From the NCBI RefSeq assembly GCF_000143415.4, contig NW_003314325.1:212567-276566 (forward strand): a DNA stretch of 64,000 nucleotides, written 5' to 3'. Shown here one piece after another: positions 48,900-61,583 of the stretch. The notes below the pieces were generated by a model. The model worked only from the letters and a program-made list of their open reading frames with translations. It was not told the origin of the DNA and searched no databases. How positions within the stretch are numbered: position 1 is the stretch's first letter; every line of letters begins with the position of its first letter. Source of the DNA: Selaginella moellendorffii. Its lineage: Eukaryota > Plantae > Lycopodiophyta. The position numbers and the translations under genes are program-made.

Positions 48900-49330
48900 T
48901 AGATAGATGGCTTCAGTCAGTGATCGATGATGAGGTGAAAAGGCTGATCCAAAGTCCGGATACATTGAAACGAATTTTCTCCCTTGAGAAGCTTTACTTT
49001 TGCTATTAGAACCAGATGAAAAAGATGTCTCGTTAGGCAATTCATCTTCAAAGAATCATCACCTGCTTGAGATTCCCAACCTCGGCATATGCCACACCCA
49101 TGGGTGTGATATCGAGAACATTAACAGCTCCATCGCGGCTACAGAGTTACCGCTGTATGTGTATGTGGCTAACATGGAGTTCCACGAGACAACAGATTTG
49201 TTTGGCATTCTGTTGAATAGAAACTGATCAAGTCCAAGCTAAAATGCATTCCGAGACGTGGTATCATATCAAAAACAATTATCTCAAACCTTGCTGCTGA
49301 CCAAATTGGATGTATGCAAAGAATGGATAT
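48900..49330 (-). pseudogene. PLS-type PPR gene fragment
   Basis: It reads FLFNRMPNKSVVSWNSMLATYTYSGNSVAAMEL and VAYAEVGNLKQVMIL...PNETSF. Confidence 0.65.
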
Positions 49331-49951
49331 CACGCTGTGAAACGGAATGGATTCAAACAGTTGCTGGGCGTAGCCATCACATTACATTCCAGACATCCTT
49401 GTGTGGGATTTGGTCGAAGAGGCATTACATGTTATTTCGTATTTGAAAACTAACAACAATGGCAAGCCTCCCGTCATCTTAAACAGCTGCATACGTCCTG
49501 GATCTATCCCAGCACAAGAGATTGCTCCAAAGTACGTCCATTCCATGTTGCTTCCCCAGCCACTGATTGCGAAAACAAAGGGCGGGAAAGTCCGAAGCAA
49601 TCCACTAGGAACTCTACAATTTTTGTTCCTCTCATGCAGTACTGTGCCTCCGTGTCTGGCTTGCGTAGCCCAAAGACTCGATAGAGCAGCTTGCATTAAG
49701 CGAGAAGGAACGCGAGGCTAACCAAGACGCCGCCTCATGGCAAAGATAATTCATGCGTCAAGACCCCACAAAGACTATCGATAGATAGATATGCAGCCCA
49801 AAATCTCGGATACCACAGCTCGGTCTCCCGTATAATTCGGACAGACGCGCGTTTGAGAATTCTACGCGTTTGGCGAATTCCACGCATTTGACGTTCGATG
49901 ACACATTCTTCCGTACACTCCGGAATCAAGATGGCAAATTCAAAATTTCCC

Positions 49952-51013
49952 ATGGAGGAGATCCGGGAGCTGTGCCGATAAAGCTCGCCAGGGCCAAGCA
50001 AATCCTAGAAGAACGCTCCTACATTCAAGGCCCCAACAATCCATCCTCGCGAGGAAGAATTCGTTGTCCAATTCTTCTACTGGATGCAATAGTTCGCTTC
50101 CAAGAGGTCCGCGAGGATGAATTCGGCCTCCAGTTCTACTTCCGCCTCCATCCCCCAGATCGACTACTCGGCGCCGGCAGCGCGATCCTCCAATGTCGGG
50201 GATCCAAATGATCCCCTCTTCGACGACCATACATGGCGGCCGTGCCCTTGCATCCAGCTCGACACCAGGAACCAGATACGCATCACGATCCCGGCATCGA
50301 TCCAGCACAAAGTCCGCGAGCAGCGCGTGGCAATCTCACTGGTGATCGTGCCCAGCGTCCGCAACACGCCCGCCAACGTGGATGTGGAGCCGGATCAAGA
50401 CCCTCTCGGTGGGCGTGCTCTTGATGGACGTGCTCAAGAACAAGGAGGCGCTGGGTTTCTACCCCTACCGGATCAGATTCTCGATCGAGCCACTGCTGGG
50501 CGATCCCAGTGCCGTCGCGATCACTCTACACGCGCAGGATCAGTGGAGCTGGGGAGAGGATCTGGGGAATGGAATACGAGGAATCGACAGAGACGGGGAT
50601 GATCAGCGCTGGCGGGGAGGAGTCTGGGAACACGGCGGTGTTTGAGTGGAGGCTCTTGCGATAGAGCCACAATGGGGTGAGGTACAACGCGAACAAGCCA
50701 CACTCTGGACTGGGCTTATCTACCAAGTCTCTCAAGGTCCGTCCTCCATATAGCCATAGCCATCTCAATCTCAGTGGATCTCTCTCTTTTCTTCCAGGCC
50801 CCATTTCCAGGAGGAAGCACAGGAATCAACGATGTCATGTGGCCTCTACACTCGAGCGTGAGATCAAAGTTTCCGCTCCAATTCAAGTTCCAGTTGGAGG
50901 TGGGAATGCATCTGCTGTGGTTTGTGGGCACGTACCGGCTGCTCCGAGTGGCCAAATGGACTAGCGAGGCATTTGAGTTTCATCACGAGTTTCTAGTCAA
51001 TCCACCGTCCTGA
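49952..51013 (+). pseudogene. Unnamed family, type A copy A3
   Basis: ATG at 49952 (MEEIREL). It has the same core motifs as A1 and A2, many frameshifts, and most of the hairpin segment is deleted. Confidence 0.75.
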
Positions 51014-51699
51014 AAGTGTTCATTGGAAACAAAAAAATCAAGTGGAATATAGAAAATGTCCTAATTTCTCTAGGACGGGGATTGCCACTTCATGGAGGAC
51101 GAGATCACACCGTCATGGTGGCTCTAGATGTAATTAATCACACCGTTGGCGGAGCAAGAGAGCTTAACAATGATCGATTCGTCCCAAAAACACCAAGGGT
51201 GAGAGATATTGCAAAGCTTCATGTCCCTTTGTCTGCTTAGAGCTTGAGTTTGCTCGTGAAGTTTTCAAAAGTTCGAGGACGACCATGCAAAGCGCTGGTC
51301 AATCTCGATCACTCTCTTAGACCGATCCATTGAAAGACAAAGTTGCATCGTCCCTGATCATGATGTTTCAAGATTCATCCTGATTTACTTTCTTTAATGG
51401 TTTCATGTAGTTGTTGAATCGCTACATAAATTTTCCTTTTTTTGCATGAAATTTTATTTTGCTGTGAATGCTTTTTGTGACTGATTACAAAAGTAAATAG
51501 GACTAGCAGAAAATTACAAATTCGCAAGAACTCCAAAGAAATTTTGGTGGCAACTACATTTCCAAAAACATGCCCAAAATCGTTCACCATGTAGCTTGTT
51601 TTTGTTTTTTTTCATGCCAGTGGCACTTGTCTTGGAAACATTGACTACAACCATGCCTCCATGCAAATCTCCGATTTGTGACACGACCACATGTTTTGG

Positions 51700-51900
51700 T
51701 ATGGATAACATCTTGATAACATTTTGGTGACATCTATTCTTGGCTTATATCGAGAGAATTGTCGTCCAGTAAACCATGTCGCAGCAAGGAGCAAAATCGA
51801 ACAAACATTTTGCTTCCTTAAGGTACATCGAACAGGTCCATCATGCACGCACATGCGACGGGTGATCACGAGATTAAAGGCATCCCTGTCGATCCGAGCC
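51700..51900 (-). pseudogene. PPR fragment
   Basis: LKEAKCLFDFAPCCDMVYWTTILSI*AKN resembles the PPR consensus EAxxxFDxMxxRDVVSWTxxxxxYAxNG. Confidence 0.45.
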
Positions 51901-54900
51901 GAGCTCGATCGAGGCTGGTGCGAGTCCTGATGGACCAAACTGCGAGATTTATTTATTTCCAGCGCTTGCGCGATGGGCCCGCTATGTATGGACTCGACAA
52001 TGTACAAAGCCGTGCTTCTCTCCACGGTGGAGAGGTCTCCTGCTCGTCACGTCCATGGTTTCAAACTCGTTCCATCGAAGCAACAGTATAGCTGCATTCT
52101 TTGCTTTGGCTACTTCCAGCAACCCGAGGAGCTCACTTTCTTGCTGACTTGAGAGATTGGGTCTGCGCTTGCCGGCAAGATCACAGCGCTACCGTTAACT
52201 TTCGAGCTGCGGGACAAGTGTGATCGATCCCCAGGACTCAGCTCGTTATGTTTTGCTTGCTACAACTCGAGAGGTTGATAAAGTACAAATTTCTTCCATA
52301 AAATTGTGTATACAGAATTTCAAGTACATACATAGAAGATGGGCTCAAATGTTCTTACTTGAGCACCTTTCTTGAGCGAATTTTTAAATGCGGGATCATG
52401 CTAATAATCCAAACACCCGCGGACGACATTAAATTGAGACGGAAGGTGGTGTCCAACTACTACATCTTGAAATGGGCCAACAATAAAGTGAGGCGCTCAG
52501 GCAAGGAGAGCCGTATGGAGAGTTTCATGGTACAAACTTTGCTGTGAACTAATGTTTGCCAAGACACAAGTGGAACTGGAACTTACAGGACAAGAGCTTA
52601 TCATCTGGCATCTTCTTCCTTGGTCTTCTCTGGGCTGTAGAACCACGCGTTGCAAACTGGCAGCTCATGACCAAAGGAGTAACAGGCAAGTAAACGAACT
52701 TAGCCCGTCCAAATTAATCGATATAATCTTATGAATTGCAGATGATGAGAAGAAACAAAACGTGGTGTACGTGATCAGTGTGGACAGGAAGCTCAGTTGC
52801 AGCGTATTCTTGCTGTGGGATGACATTGTCGAGGTAGTTTTATTTTTTCGTTTTCCAGTGAGGGATTTCTTTGTTATTTGCTTTCGCAGGTGAGACCCAA
52901 GATGGTGATGATCTTCGTAGCCACCGTGATGCTGTAGAGTCTGGGCGAGAAGGCTAAAAAAGCTGCCAATACAGCTGTTGTTGTTGGGCTCCACAACAAA
53001 GTCTCTTCATTTCGTTTCTCCTTTGATTTTTTCATTGTAAAGAAGAATTCTTTGTAATACTCGCGTTCTTCCTCAATCATAGTGCATTTTTTCCTTTGGT
53101 TTCTAGCACGATTGCTTGTGCGAGTGTTTCTGCTCCAGAGTTTCCTAGCGGCCAGCCACAGGGACGAGGAGATGGATGTGGAACCAAGTGCATTTTTCCT
53201 CCTAAACGAGGAGATGGATGTGCGGGACTTGACACTTCTTAGCGTGAGTGAGGTAAGATAGAAAAAATGAGAAGAAGAAGAAAGAGATAATTCCTCTTTT
53301 GTCATTATTGCAAGTACTAGAAATTGCCCAACAAGAAGCTGGCGAGTTGGCAAGGTGAAGTTCTCAAAAAATAAAAAATCTGAGCCAAAAGACAAATACA
53401 TTAGCCAAGAGTTTTATGACAGCTTGAAGCATAGCTCTAGTTCTCCTGCAGTGTTTTATATAAGAGAATTGTAGTTGTAGAAAGAGACATAAAGAATTTC
53501 TCACTGGAACTACTCTAGTGACTATAGCTGGGATAACATTGATCTCATAGCCGACCTAGAGGTGTTTACATAAAATCAAAAGTTCAAAGTCATCCAGTAA
53601 AATGAATGCTTTCAATTGCGCTCGCCCAACCATGGCAGTATGGCTACCATCGTGAGAGCCAACTTCAGATATGTCGATCTTACCTATTCCTAACTAGGGC
53701 GTCTTACAAAGATGAGCAGAAAATTCTTGTGCAGCATATGAAAGATCCAAGCAGGCTCTCCAGTTCTATAAGCACCAGCCATCCATTGCTAATCCAGCCC
53801 TAAAGAAAAATAGGATGGATAAGACCCTACACACAGCATATGCATGAGCCAAGCTTTATATATCCAACATTGCAAAGGACGATCACTTGATATACCCATT
53901 CATAAATCCTATGCTTGAGCAATGCAAGCTCTTGGGCCTCCATCTCTAGTGCCCGGCACTACTTCTTTTTCTGCAAACTTTGAGGCTGCAATAAAGAAAA
54001 GAAACCTGGAGCAAGCAAAACTTTTGTGTCAAGGAGTTGTGATAAAACAAAATTCCTTGGCTGCAAGGGCAGAGTAGGAGGGGCTGTGGTAGAACAAGAG
54101 TTTTTCCCTTCTCGGCTACAACTTCCTAGTATTGCCCAGCAAATGCTGGATGAGTACAAAAATTAGTAATTTTATACAATTTTTTTCTTCTGATATTTTT
54201 ATACACACACAACTAATATATTACCAAAGTGTAAAAAATGAATTACTATGTAAATATTATTGATAAAGATATTATATGCAGTATTACTTGGGAAAATGGA
54301 TATATTTAGAATACTAAGATTTTAAGAAACTTAATACTCAACCCAGAAAAAATTGAAACAAAATTGCTAAGAATGAGTTTTTTATAGATATAAGAAAAAT
54401 ATATTTAGTACACTTCTAGAGAAAAACAATAAAATAAGAATTACGAAAAATTAATTTTATTAATTAGATGTTACATGTAAAGTATGTTTTTTATTTGGGA
54501 TATAAGAACATTTAGAATCCTAAAATATTAAGGAAACTAATATATTACTACCCAAACTCATAGAAATGTAAAAAAGAACTACTAATATTAATTATCATTA
54601 ATTAAGGAAGCATTATTTAATTACTATGTGTTGGAATATTTAAGAACATTAATATATTACTCAGACCCAAACATAACCTAAAATTAAAAAATTATAAATA
54701 ACCCCTAAACTCAAACACTTAAAAATAGAATCTAAATAAATTAATTTAATTTTAAGTAATATAGATTTAGTAAAGAATTACTTTGCCATGTGTTTTTCTT
54801 AGAATATAGAACAATAAAACTACTACCCAGACCCAAGTAAATCTAAGAAAAGAAATACAAAAAAATCTATAAATTCAAAACCTGATATTCTATGTTTGTA

Positions 54901-55439
54901 AGATTTATGAAGGTGTTTAATTTGTTTGTATTAAGACTAAGCTAACCCACACCTTGAGCATGCTGTAATTGCTGGATCAATACATCCACAGCTTAGGGGC
55001 GACTCTATCTATCAACTAAACATATACATAAAAAAGAAAATTGTAAGACAGTGTAAATGCCATCTTAATTATACTAACTGATTGAGGCAAGTTTAAGTCA
55101 AAATGAATTTTAATCATAGTATCCAAGCTAGGAAACTATATTCTTGGCCCAATGGTTTTGCCACCTAAGTAACATCTCCTGTACAATCACCAGCAGACTC
55201 AACAGCCATGCCCTACGAGAACCCCAAGAGCTGTTATTGTGCCCACACAATCCCTCACAAGAGTTTTCCAGGAGCCAAAAAAAATTGATAAGCCATGCAG
55301 GAGGGCCATAGACCCACAGCAAGGAACATTTTTTATCGCCTATTGTCCATGGCTTATGCCTCAGCAATTCTTTACCCCAACATCCAGCCTCCACTCACAA
55401 CCGGAGGAAGGTGGAACAACGAAAGAGGTTGTGCTTACC

Positions 55440-55755
55440 CCGACTTTGATCAACCATGGTGGACTTGACACTCTTAGCCTTCTGCTTCTAGAACTCTTGC
55501 GCGAGCGAGCAAAAGCAGTGGGAGAAAAAATCTTGGCTCCACGATCCAGGCAGCTTGTCCTTCTCCCAGAGCTTGGTTCTGTAGTGCGTAGAGAGGCAGC
55601 AATATAGCCCAGCAGTGCAAAGCAAGCAATACAAGAGCCTGTTAAACAGGCACACTGAGAAAATGAGTGCGATAACCATCTACAAACTTGTAGTGTTACC
55701 AGGCTCTGAAAGCCTGAGCACACTTACCAAAAGCTCCAAAAGGAAGCCATCTATT
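55440..55755 (-). pseudogene. PLAC8/PCR (Cys-rich) family fragment
   Basis: After an AG acceptor it reads LLYCLLCTAGLYCCLSTHYRTKLWEKDKLPGSWSQDFFSHCFCSLAQEF*, matching PLAC8 YRxKLRxxYxL...DxxxHCFCxxCxxxQE. Confidence 0.65.
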
Positions 55756-55918
55756 ATAATGGATTGTGGTTATTTTAAGTAATATATATTATTAAACAAA
55801 GAATATTAATGATCATCTCGTTTTAAACCACTCTTTTGCACGCTTTAAAGCCACAAAACAATTTTAACTTTCCTGTTGAAAATGAAACTTTTAAATAATA
55901 ATACTATTAGTATTATTT

Positions 55919-56022
55919 TATATACATACATACATATATATACATATACATATATACATACATACATACATATATATACACACATACATATATACATATA
56001 TACATATACATACATATATATA
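55919..56022. repeat. Compound (TA)n/(TACA)n microsatellite
   Basis: About 100 bp of TATA/TACA units. Confidence 0.95.
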
Positions 56023-56559
56023 GTAAGAGATACAAAAACAAAAAAGAAAGTTTTTATTTCCCTTAAAATAAGAATTAAATCATACTCTTATTTAATAGTT
56101 ATGAGCTTTTAAATAAAATTTTAAAAGGACTTTTTTGGAGGAAAAATGACACAATGCTCTTCCTTTGTAGTTTTGATTTCTAAGTAAAACTTTAAAAAAT
56201 ATCTTTTTCTACTACCAACTCAAGGATAATTTAGTTAAATTTTTTCTTTTAATTATTCTATAAATAACACTAATTTTTTATATTAATTTTTTCCTTTTAA
56301 TTTCTTTTATTTTTATCATATAAATACTTTGTGACAATTATGACTTCAACTTTTCCTACTTATGACTCTAACTTTTCTATTGCTTGCACACATACACATA
56401 TTTTAAAACTAATATACATATGCATATTCATGCAAAAAATAGTTTCAAAATATATTTATGTAAGAAAATAAATAAATAATTTGAGAGAGACAGATTATTA
56501 GTGTTTTTTAAATTGATTAAGGGTTTTGAAATATTTATTTTTGTATCTCAAAACCCTTA

Positions 56560-57600
56560 AATCAACAGGTGTGGCAGCTAGTCTCAAGGGAGTTAACTAT
56601 TATATTACTTTTGTGCATTACCTTGCTTATAGAACAAACTTATATATAGAAGATGTTTACAAAAATTCAGTAGTTTGTGAGCTTTATAACAAAATAGATA
56701 ATCTTGTGAATAGAGTGATTGTGTTTTTCTCTAAAATTTTCAACATATTGCAATAATTGAAAACACTAAACTAAATTTTCATATATTAAATATATTGCAT
56801 ATCTAGCAAACTTGATAGTTGAGCAAAGGTAGAGCAATCAATTATATATATAGCAATTGTTAAATTTTTTAAAGGATGATGGAGCTTAAAATTGTGACAA
56901 AGCATAAGGTAGTGAACTTTATCTAAAGAGGATATGAAGAGAAAATAAAAAAGTAAGATAGAAATATAGGAGGAAGTAATGAAGAGACAAAAATGATAGA
57001 AACAAAGGGAAAAAATAAAACAAAAGTGAAAAGAATGGAAAAGATATAAGGAAGTATAAAACAAGCTTAAAGTTATATTTAGCATGATTGCATTGTAACT
57101 AATTTATAACAAAGAGGTCAAAAGTTTGACTTAGCATCATTTTGTTAACGCCAAAGTCTCCATTTAAGAAATGGAGAACATCAATTTGAAAAATGCTAAC
57201 AACATTGATACATATGACTAACCTCATCACACACTTAACAATAGATATCACAACCACAACCACATCTTTAAATTCAAGTAACAATAACATTAACCTCCAT
57301 TGGAATAAGATAATCTCCCACAACAAGTGGAGTTAAAGGATGTGCAATGAGAAATAAGAAGTATTAATATCTCACAAAGTTGTGCAAAGCAAAAAACATT
57401 ATCAAGGGTGGTTGGAATAAATACATGCACAAGTCCTACACGATCTTAACAAAGTGTTAGCTACAACATTCCTAATTTAATCCGTTCTAATATATTTGGT
57501 TTCGCATGAAGCAAAAAGCCTTGGAAATGAATATTAATTTGCATCATTAACTTAGATGGCCCTTGACAAAGATGATACAATTGTTGGAAGGCATTATCAC
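56560..57600 (+). mobile_element. Second degenerate hAT transposase remnant
   Basis: GVAASLKGVNYYITFVHYLAYRTNL resembles the hAT VHCxAHRLNL motif. The region is AT-rich with many stops, and its ends are undefined. Confidence 0.45.
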
Positions 57601-58640
57601 AATTGTTAGTATGTCCAAATATGTGTTTAAAGATGTCTAAGAAAATGCTCCAATTTGCACAATGACTATAGTCAAATTATTGCAATGTTATAACTTGGAG
57701 ACACGTGGGAAACTCATGCAAACACTAAGTATCATCCCAAGAATGATATGTGGCAATCACTGTAAAATGATTGAACTAATGGTACATATTATTTGTAGGA
57801 TTGCTACAGAAAAACTTTAGTCAAACACGAGGATTGGTAGCAAGAGCAAAAGAAGTTATACCATGCTCTGTGAATGTCACCATTAACTAAGTTTAATTGT
57901 TCAATTACAACAATATAACATTGATCAATTGCACTAACTACTATTCCAGAGTCAAAGGAGGAAGAAGCTATTGCTCTACTATGAAAATGAATGGAGAAAA
58001 AAGGAGAAAACAATAGACAATACAAATGCTAAATCTAAACCAAAATCCTATCCAAACACTCTTCAAGGATAATTAAAGCTTGCTTTTTAACTCCACTAAT
58101 TTGAGTGCATAGAATATGAAAATGGAATATAAAAATGTGTATATCAATTAACCTAAAAAACTATAATTTATATATAAAAGCAAGTCATAAATTGTAGTGC
58201 AAGTGATCATAGAATGAAATTTGGATATATTATCACTATGGATTCTTGGAACTTAGGGGATAAATAGAAATAAATAGCTATTAAGGGCTTTTTTATTAAG
58301 CAATTGTTTCTTTTCCAGTTGGCTTAAGGGAGATAAATACATTACATTTGGTATTGGAGCAAATGGAACAGGTTCGATTCCTATTGATTAGTGGCTACTT
58401 AAAAATATAATATATTGGTTGCAAGCGTTGCTTATATATTAGTTGCATCACGAAAGTTTTATTAGTTACACCACGAAGAAATGTCAGTTATATTAGTTAC
58501 ACCACGAAGAAATGTCAAATGAAGACATGTCAAATAAGGACAAACAGTAGAGGCTGTTAGTCAATATCTGTGGAAGCTGTTTCTATCCCTCTTGTAGTAT
58601 ATAATCCCCATATTTCATTCTTGCAAGTAGATGTGCAACG

Positions 58641-59528
58641 ATGATTTATTGCCCAATTTATGAATCTCCCTGGAAGAAATGCAAGTGCTTTCAAATCAAC
58701 ACAAAGGTTCCATCCAATTCAACACAGCTCGACCGGCTATGCCTTAATCTTCCTAATGGAATGTCCAAGAACCATCAGCTCGTGGACATTGCCATGGTGA
58801 TCCTACCCTACGTACGGGAGAGCTGTGCCAATTTCGAAGTTGCTTTGGAGATCAAGAACCTCTTTGTGGGAGTGGGCGACAGCGATGTAATCATCAACTC
58901 GGACGCCCTGGGATTCTACCCCTACCGCATCAAACTCTGGATCGATCCACAGCTTGACGAGATGAAGAGCCCTGTCAATGCTATCTATGAATACAATTCC
59001 CGTGCCAATTCCAGCACGCGCACCACGAGCAGCGACAACGAGATTGGAGCTCGATTTAATCTATGGGCACTGTCGCTCAGATTAAAGAAATCATGGGGGC
59101 GGTCACTTCAAGAGCCAATGGAGTGCGAGTCCATCAGTGTTGGAGATCCAGGGAACACCGCCAAGCTCGAGTGGAATCTCCTTCGCTGGAATCACAATGG
59201 GATGAAGTATAATCCATCCAAACCATACTCTGGCCTTGGCTCTCTTAAGGTAAATCATGTTTTTACTCTTCTTTTCATCTGGGCGTGATCCATATAGCCG
59301 CCATTGCGAGGAGGGCGCACAAGTATCAGTGTGGAAGACTTTCCCATCACTGTGTGGCATCTGCCAGCAACCATGGCATCCAAGTTTCCACTCCGGTTCA
59401 ACCTTCGTCTCGAGGCTGACATGCATCTCGTCTGGTACACAAGAAGCAAATGGGTCTGCCGAGAGGCAAATTGCACCAGCGAGAGAGTCGAATTTTCTCG
59501 AGAGTTTGTTGTCGCAGATGGTGAGTGA
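58641..59528 (+). CDS. Unnamed family, type B copy B2: intact 279-aa protein
   Basis: Exon 1 is 58641-59249 (609 nt), the 48-nt intron is 59250-59297, and exon 2 is 59298-59528. It is colinear with B1 with no coding indels. Confidence 0.8.
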
Positions 59529-60600
59529 CAAGTCCGACTGTCATACTGCTTCGAGCGTCTATCGCTTCTTACTGTTCTTCCCCAGTATCCAGTTTGGAGC
59601 TAGAAACTTACTACAAATACATGTGTCTTTCAGTGTCTTGAATGGGATTTTAGCAGGCCAGATTGTCTCTGGCAGCGAATCCAGAAATTAGCTAGCCTTG
59701 CCTGCAAAAACCCTGCTGTTTTCCTCAAAGAGATCTCTTTCCTCCTTTTTCTGCTTTACCTGATCGCTCGCGCAATCGACGTTATGAACGCGTCACGTCA
59801 CGCGTCCCTGTGGCTGTAGGAAGACTCGTTGTGGACAGCAGCAGTGTTAGAAGCTTTTCTAGCCTTCTCGGCCAGATTCCAGAGCATCCCGGTGGCTACC
59901 AAGATCATAAATTAATAAAGCTGGAAAAACAAGTACCTCGCCAATGTCATCCCACAGCAAGATCACGCTGCAGCCGAGCTTCCTTGGCCTCACTAACCGC
60001 GTTTTGCTTCTTCTCGTCATCTGGAATTCATAGGATATTATCGATCCAGTGTTTGGTCACGAGCCGCCAGTTTACAACGCGTGGTTCTACAGTCCAGAGA
60101 AGATCAAGGAAGAAGATGCCAGATGATAAGCTCTTGTCCTGTAAGTTCCAGTTCCACTTGTGTCTTGGGAAACATCAGTTCACAGCGTTTCGTTGGCGCG
60201 AATTAATTCAGCGTAAGTGAGGCTGTTGTCGGCTGTCAAACAATTCCTGGAATAAGAAGAAGTTTTATCAACAGCGAGGTGGGCCTGAAATTCAATACCT
60301 TTCATGGCAGAGATAGGCCAGAAAAGCAAGATTCAAGTTTGCGGAGCCGCATGTAATGTGAGGTACTTGTAATTTATTTCTGCCTATAGGTACAAGCGGA
60401 GTGGCAAGATCATGGAGTGCATAAGCTCGTACCAGGATCTCCTGTCGCAGATCGGAAGTCACGAGTAAGAGCTGAATGTGGACAGCGCGAAGCTGGAAGT
60501 GTCTTGATCTTGTCACAAAATGGAACGACAAGGCGCAAGCACTGCTGGGATCACAGAAAGCTTACACAAGAGCTCTCATTTCTCTGCATTGATAGCTCCC

Positions 60601-61032
60601 TCATGATCTTAGGCACTCGCTCTGGCATCGCCGCATACAAACATCGTTCCAATTGGGGACGTGATGCTGGGTAGAACAAACGGATCGAGCGCACGCCTCG
60701 GCGCAAGCATCCAAATCCGAGACCCCACACACAGTGACGCACGAATTGGGCGTCACATCCTTTGCAAAGCTGCCCACTCGCTTCATCATCCGATCCGACG
60801 CGCACACGCGCTTGCAAGCGAATCGATCCTGGGAATCCAAATCCTGCTGCTGCTGCTGCTCGCTCTCATCGAGCGATGATCGCCGGCGCCGCCATCTCTC
60901 CGCAATGCCACCGCCGCCACTCTTGCCGCCCTTCCCGCGCCGCCGCCGCCGGATCATCGTGGCGGAGCCTGTGATTCCCAGTAACCCTAGCCCCAGCCCC
61001 ACCGCCGCGCTCCACCACGAGCCCTCCACCAT
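60601..61032 (-). CDS. At5g64816-like conserved plant Cys-rich small protein (143 aa)
   Basis: It reads MVEGSWW + a hydrophobic stretch, then FACKRVCASDRMMKRVGSFAKDVTPNSCVTVCGVSDLDACAEACARSVCSTQHHVPNWNDVCMRRCQSECL. Confidence 0.85.
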   Translation of the reverse strand: MVEGSWWSAAVGLGLGLLGITGSATMIRRRRRGKGGKSGGGGIAERWRRRRSSLDESEQQQQQDLDSQDRFACKRVCASDRMMKRVGSFAKDVTPNSCVTVCGVSDLDACAEACARSVCSTQHHVPNWNDVCMRRCQSECLRS

Positions 61033-61269
61033 CCCTCCTCCACACTAAGCTTGCCCTAGAGCATCCGCGTATATTCTTGTGTGTAGATTAGATTCTATAT
61101 TGGTTCCCGTTAGTTGGATCATTCGATTTCCAATATACAAGGAAAGAAAGAATATCCCAGGGGAGCTCTCCCCGGTTGCGGTTTTGTTGGCCCTGCCAGG
61201 GCTGCCATCCGCAAGTGGGGAGGTCCACTTGGGCGGTAGACACAGTGTTATCTTAAGACAGTTGATACT

Positions 61270-61553
61270 CAAGCGCTACTTTTGTTCTATAGTATGGATC
61301 TTCGCAGTTTAAAGTGTTCCAGTTTGTTGGTCTCTACCTTAAGAAAAGTTAGTAATTTCTCTGGGAGAACCAGCCTTCTGCAGGTGGTAGTTGACCGATT
61401 TAAACAAAACCTCTTCAGCTGGAAGACGAAGAAGCTCTGCAAACTCTAGAAACTTTAGAATTTTCACAAAGATTCATTTCTTACTACCTCTGTTTACCAT
61501 CTCCGCGAGGTCTGGTGCCGCTTTCATCTTGACGCCAGAAAGGAATTGAATCT
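61270..61553 (-). pseudogene. Fimbrin internal fragment
   Basis: It is the reverse complement of ~63045-63420 with deletions. Confidence 0.75.
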
Positions 61554-61583
61554 AAGATTCTAAAGAGTTTTCTTTACGTGCAG

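Noticed and set aside
53500-54170. Short ORFs in moderately GC-rich DNA
   Set aside because: There is no supportable homology; it is probably decayed gene or transposon debris.
55876-56112. Tyr/Ile/His/Thr-rich ORF
   Set aside because: It is a translation of the TA/CA microsatellite.
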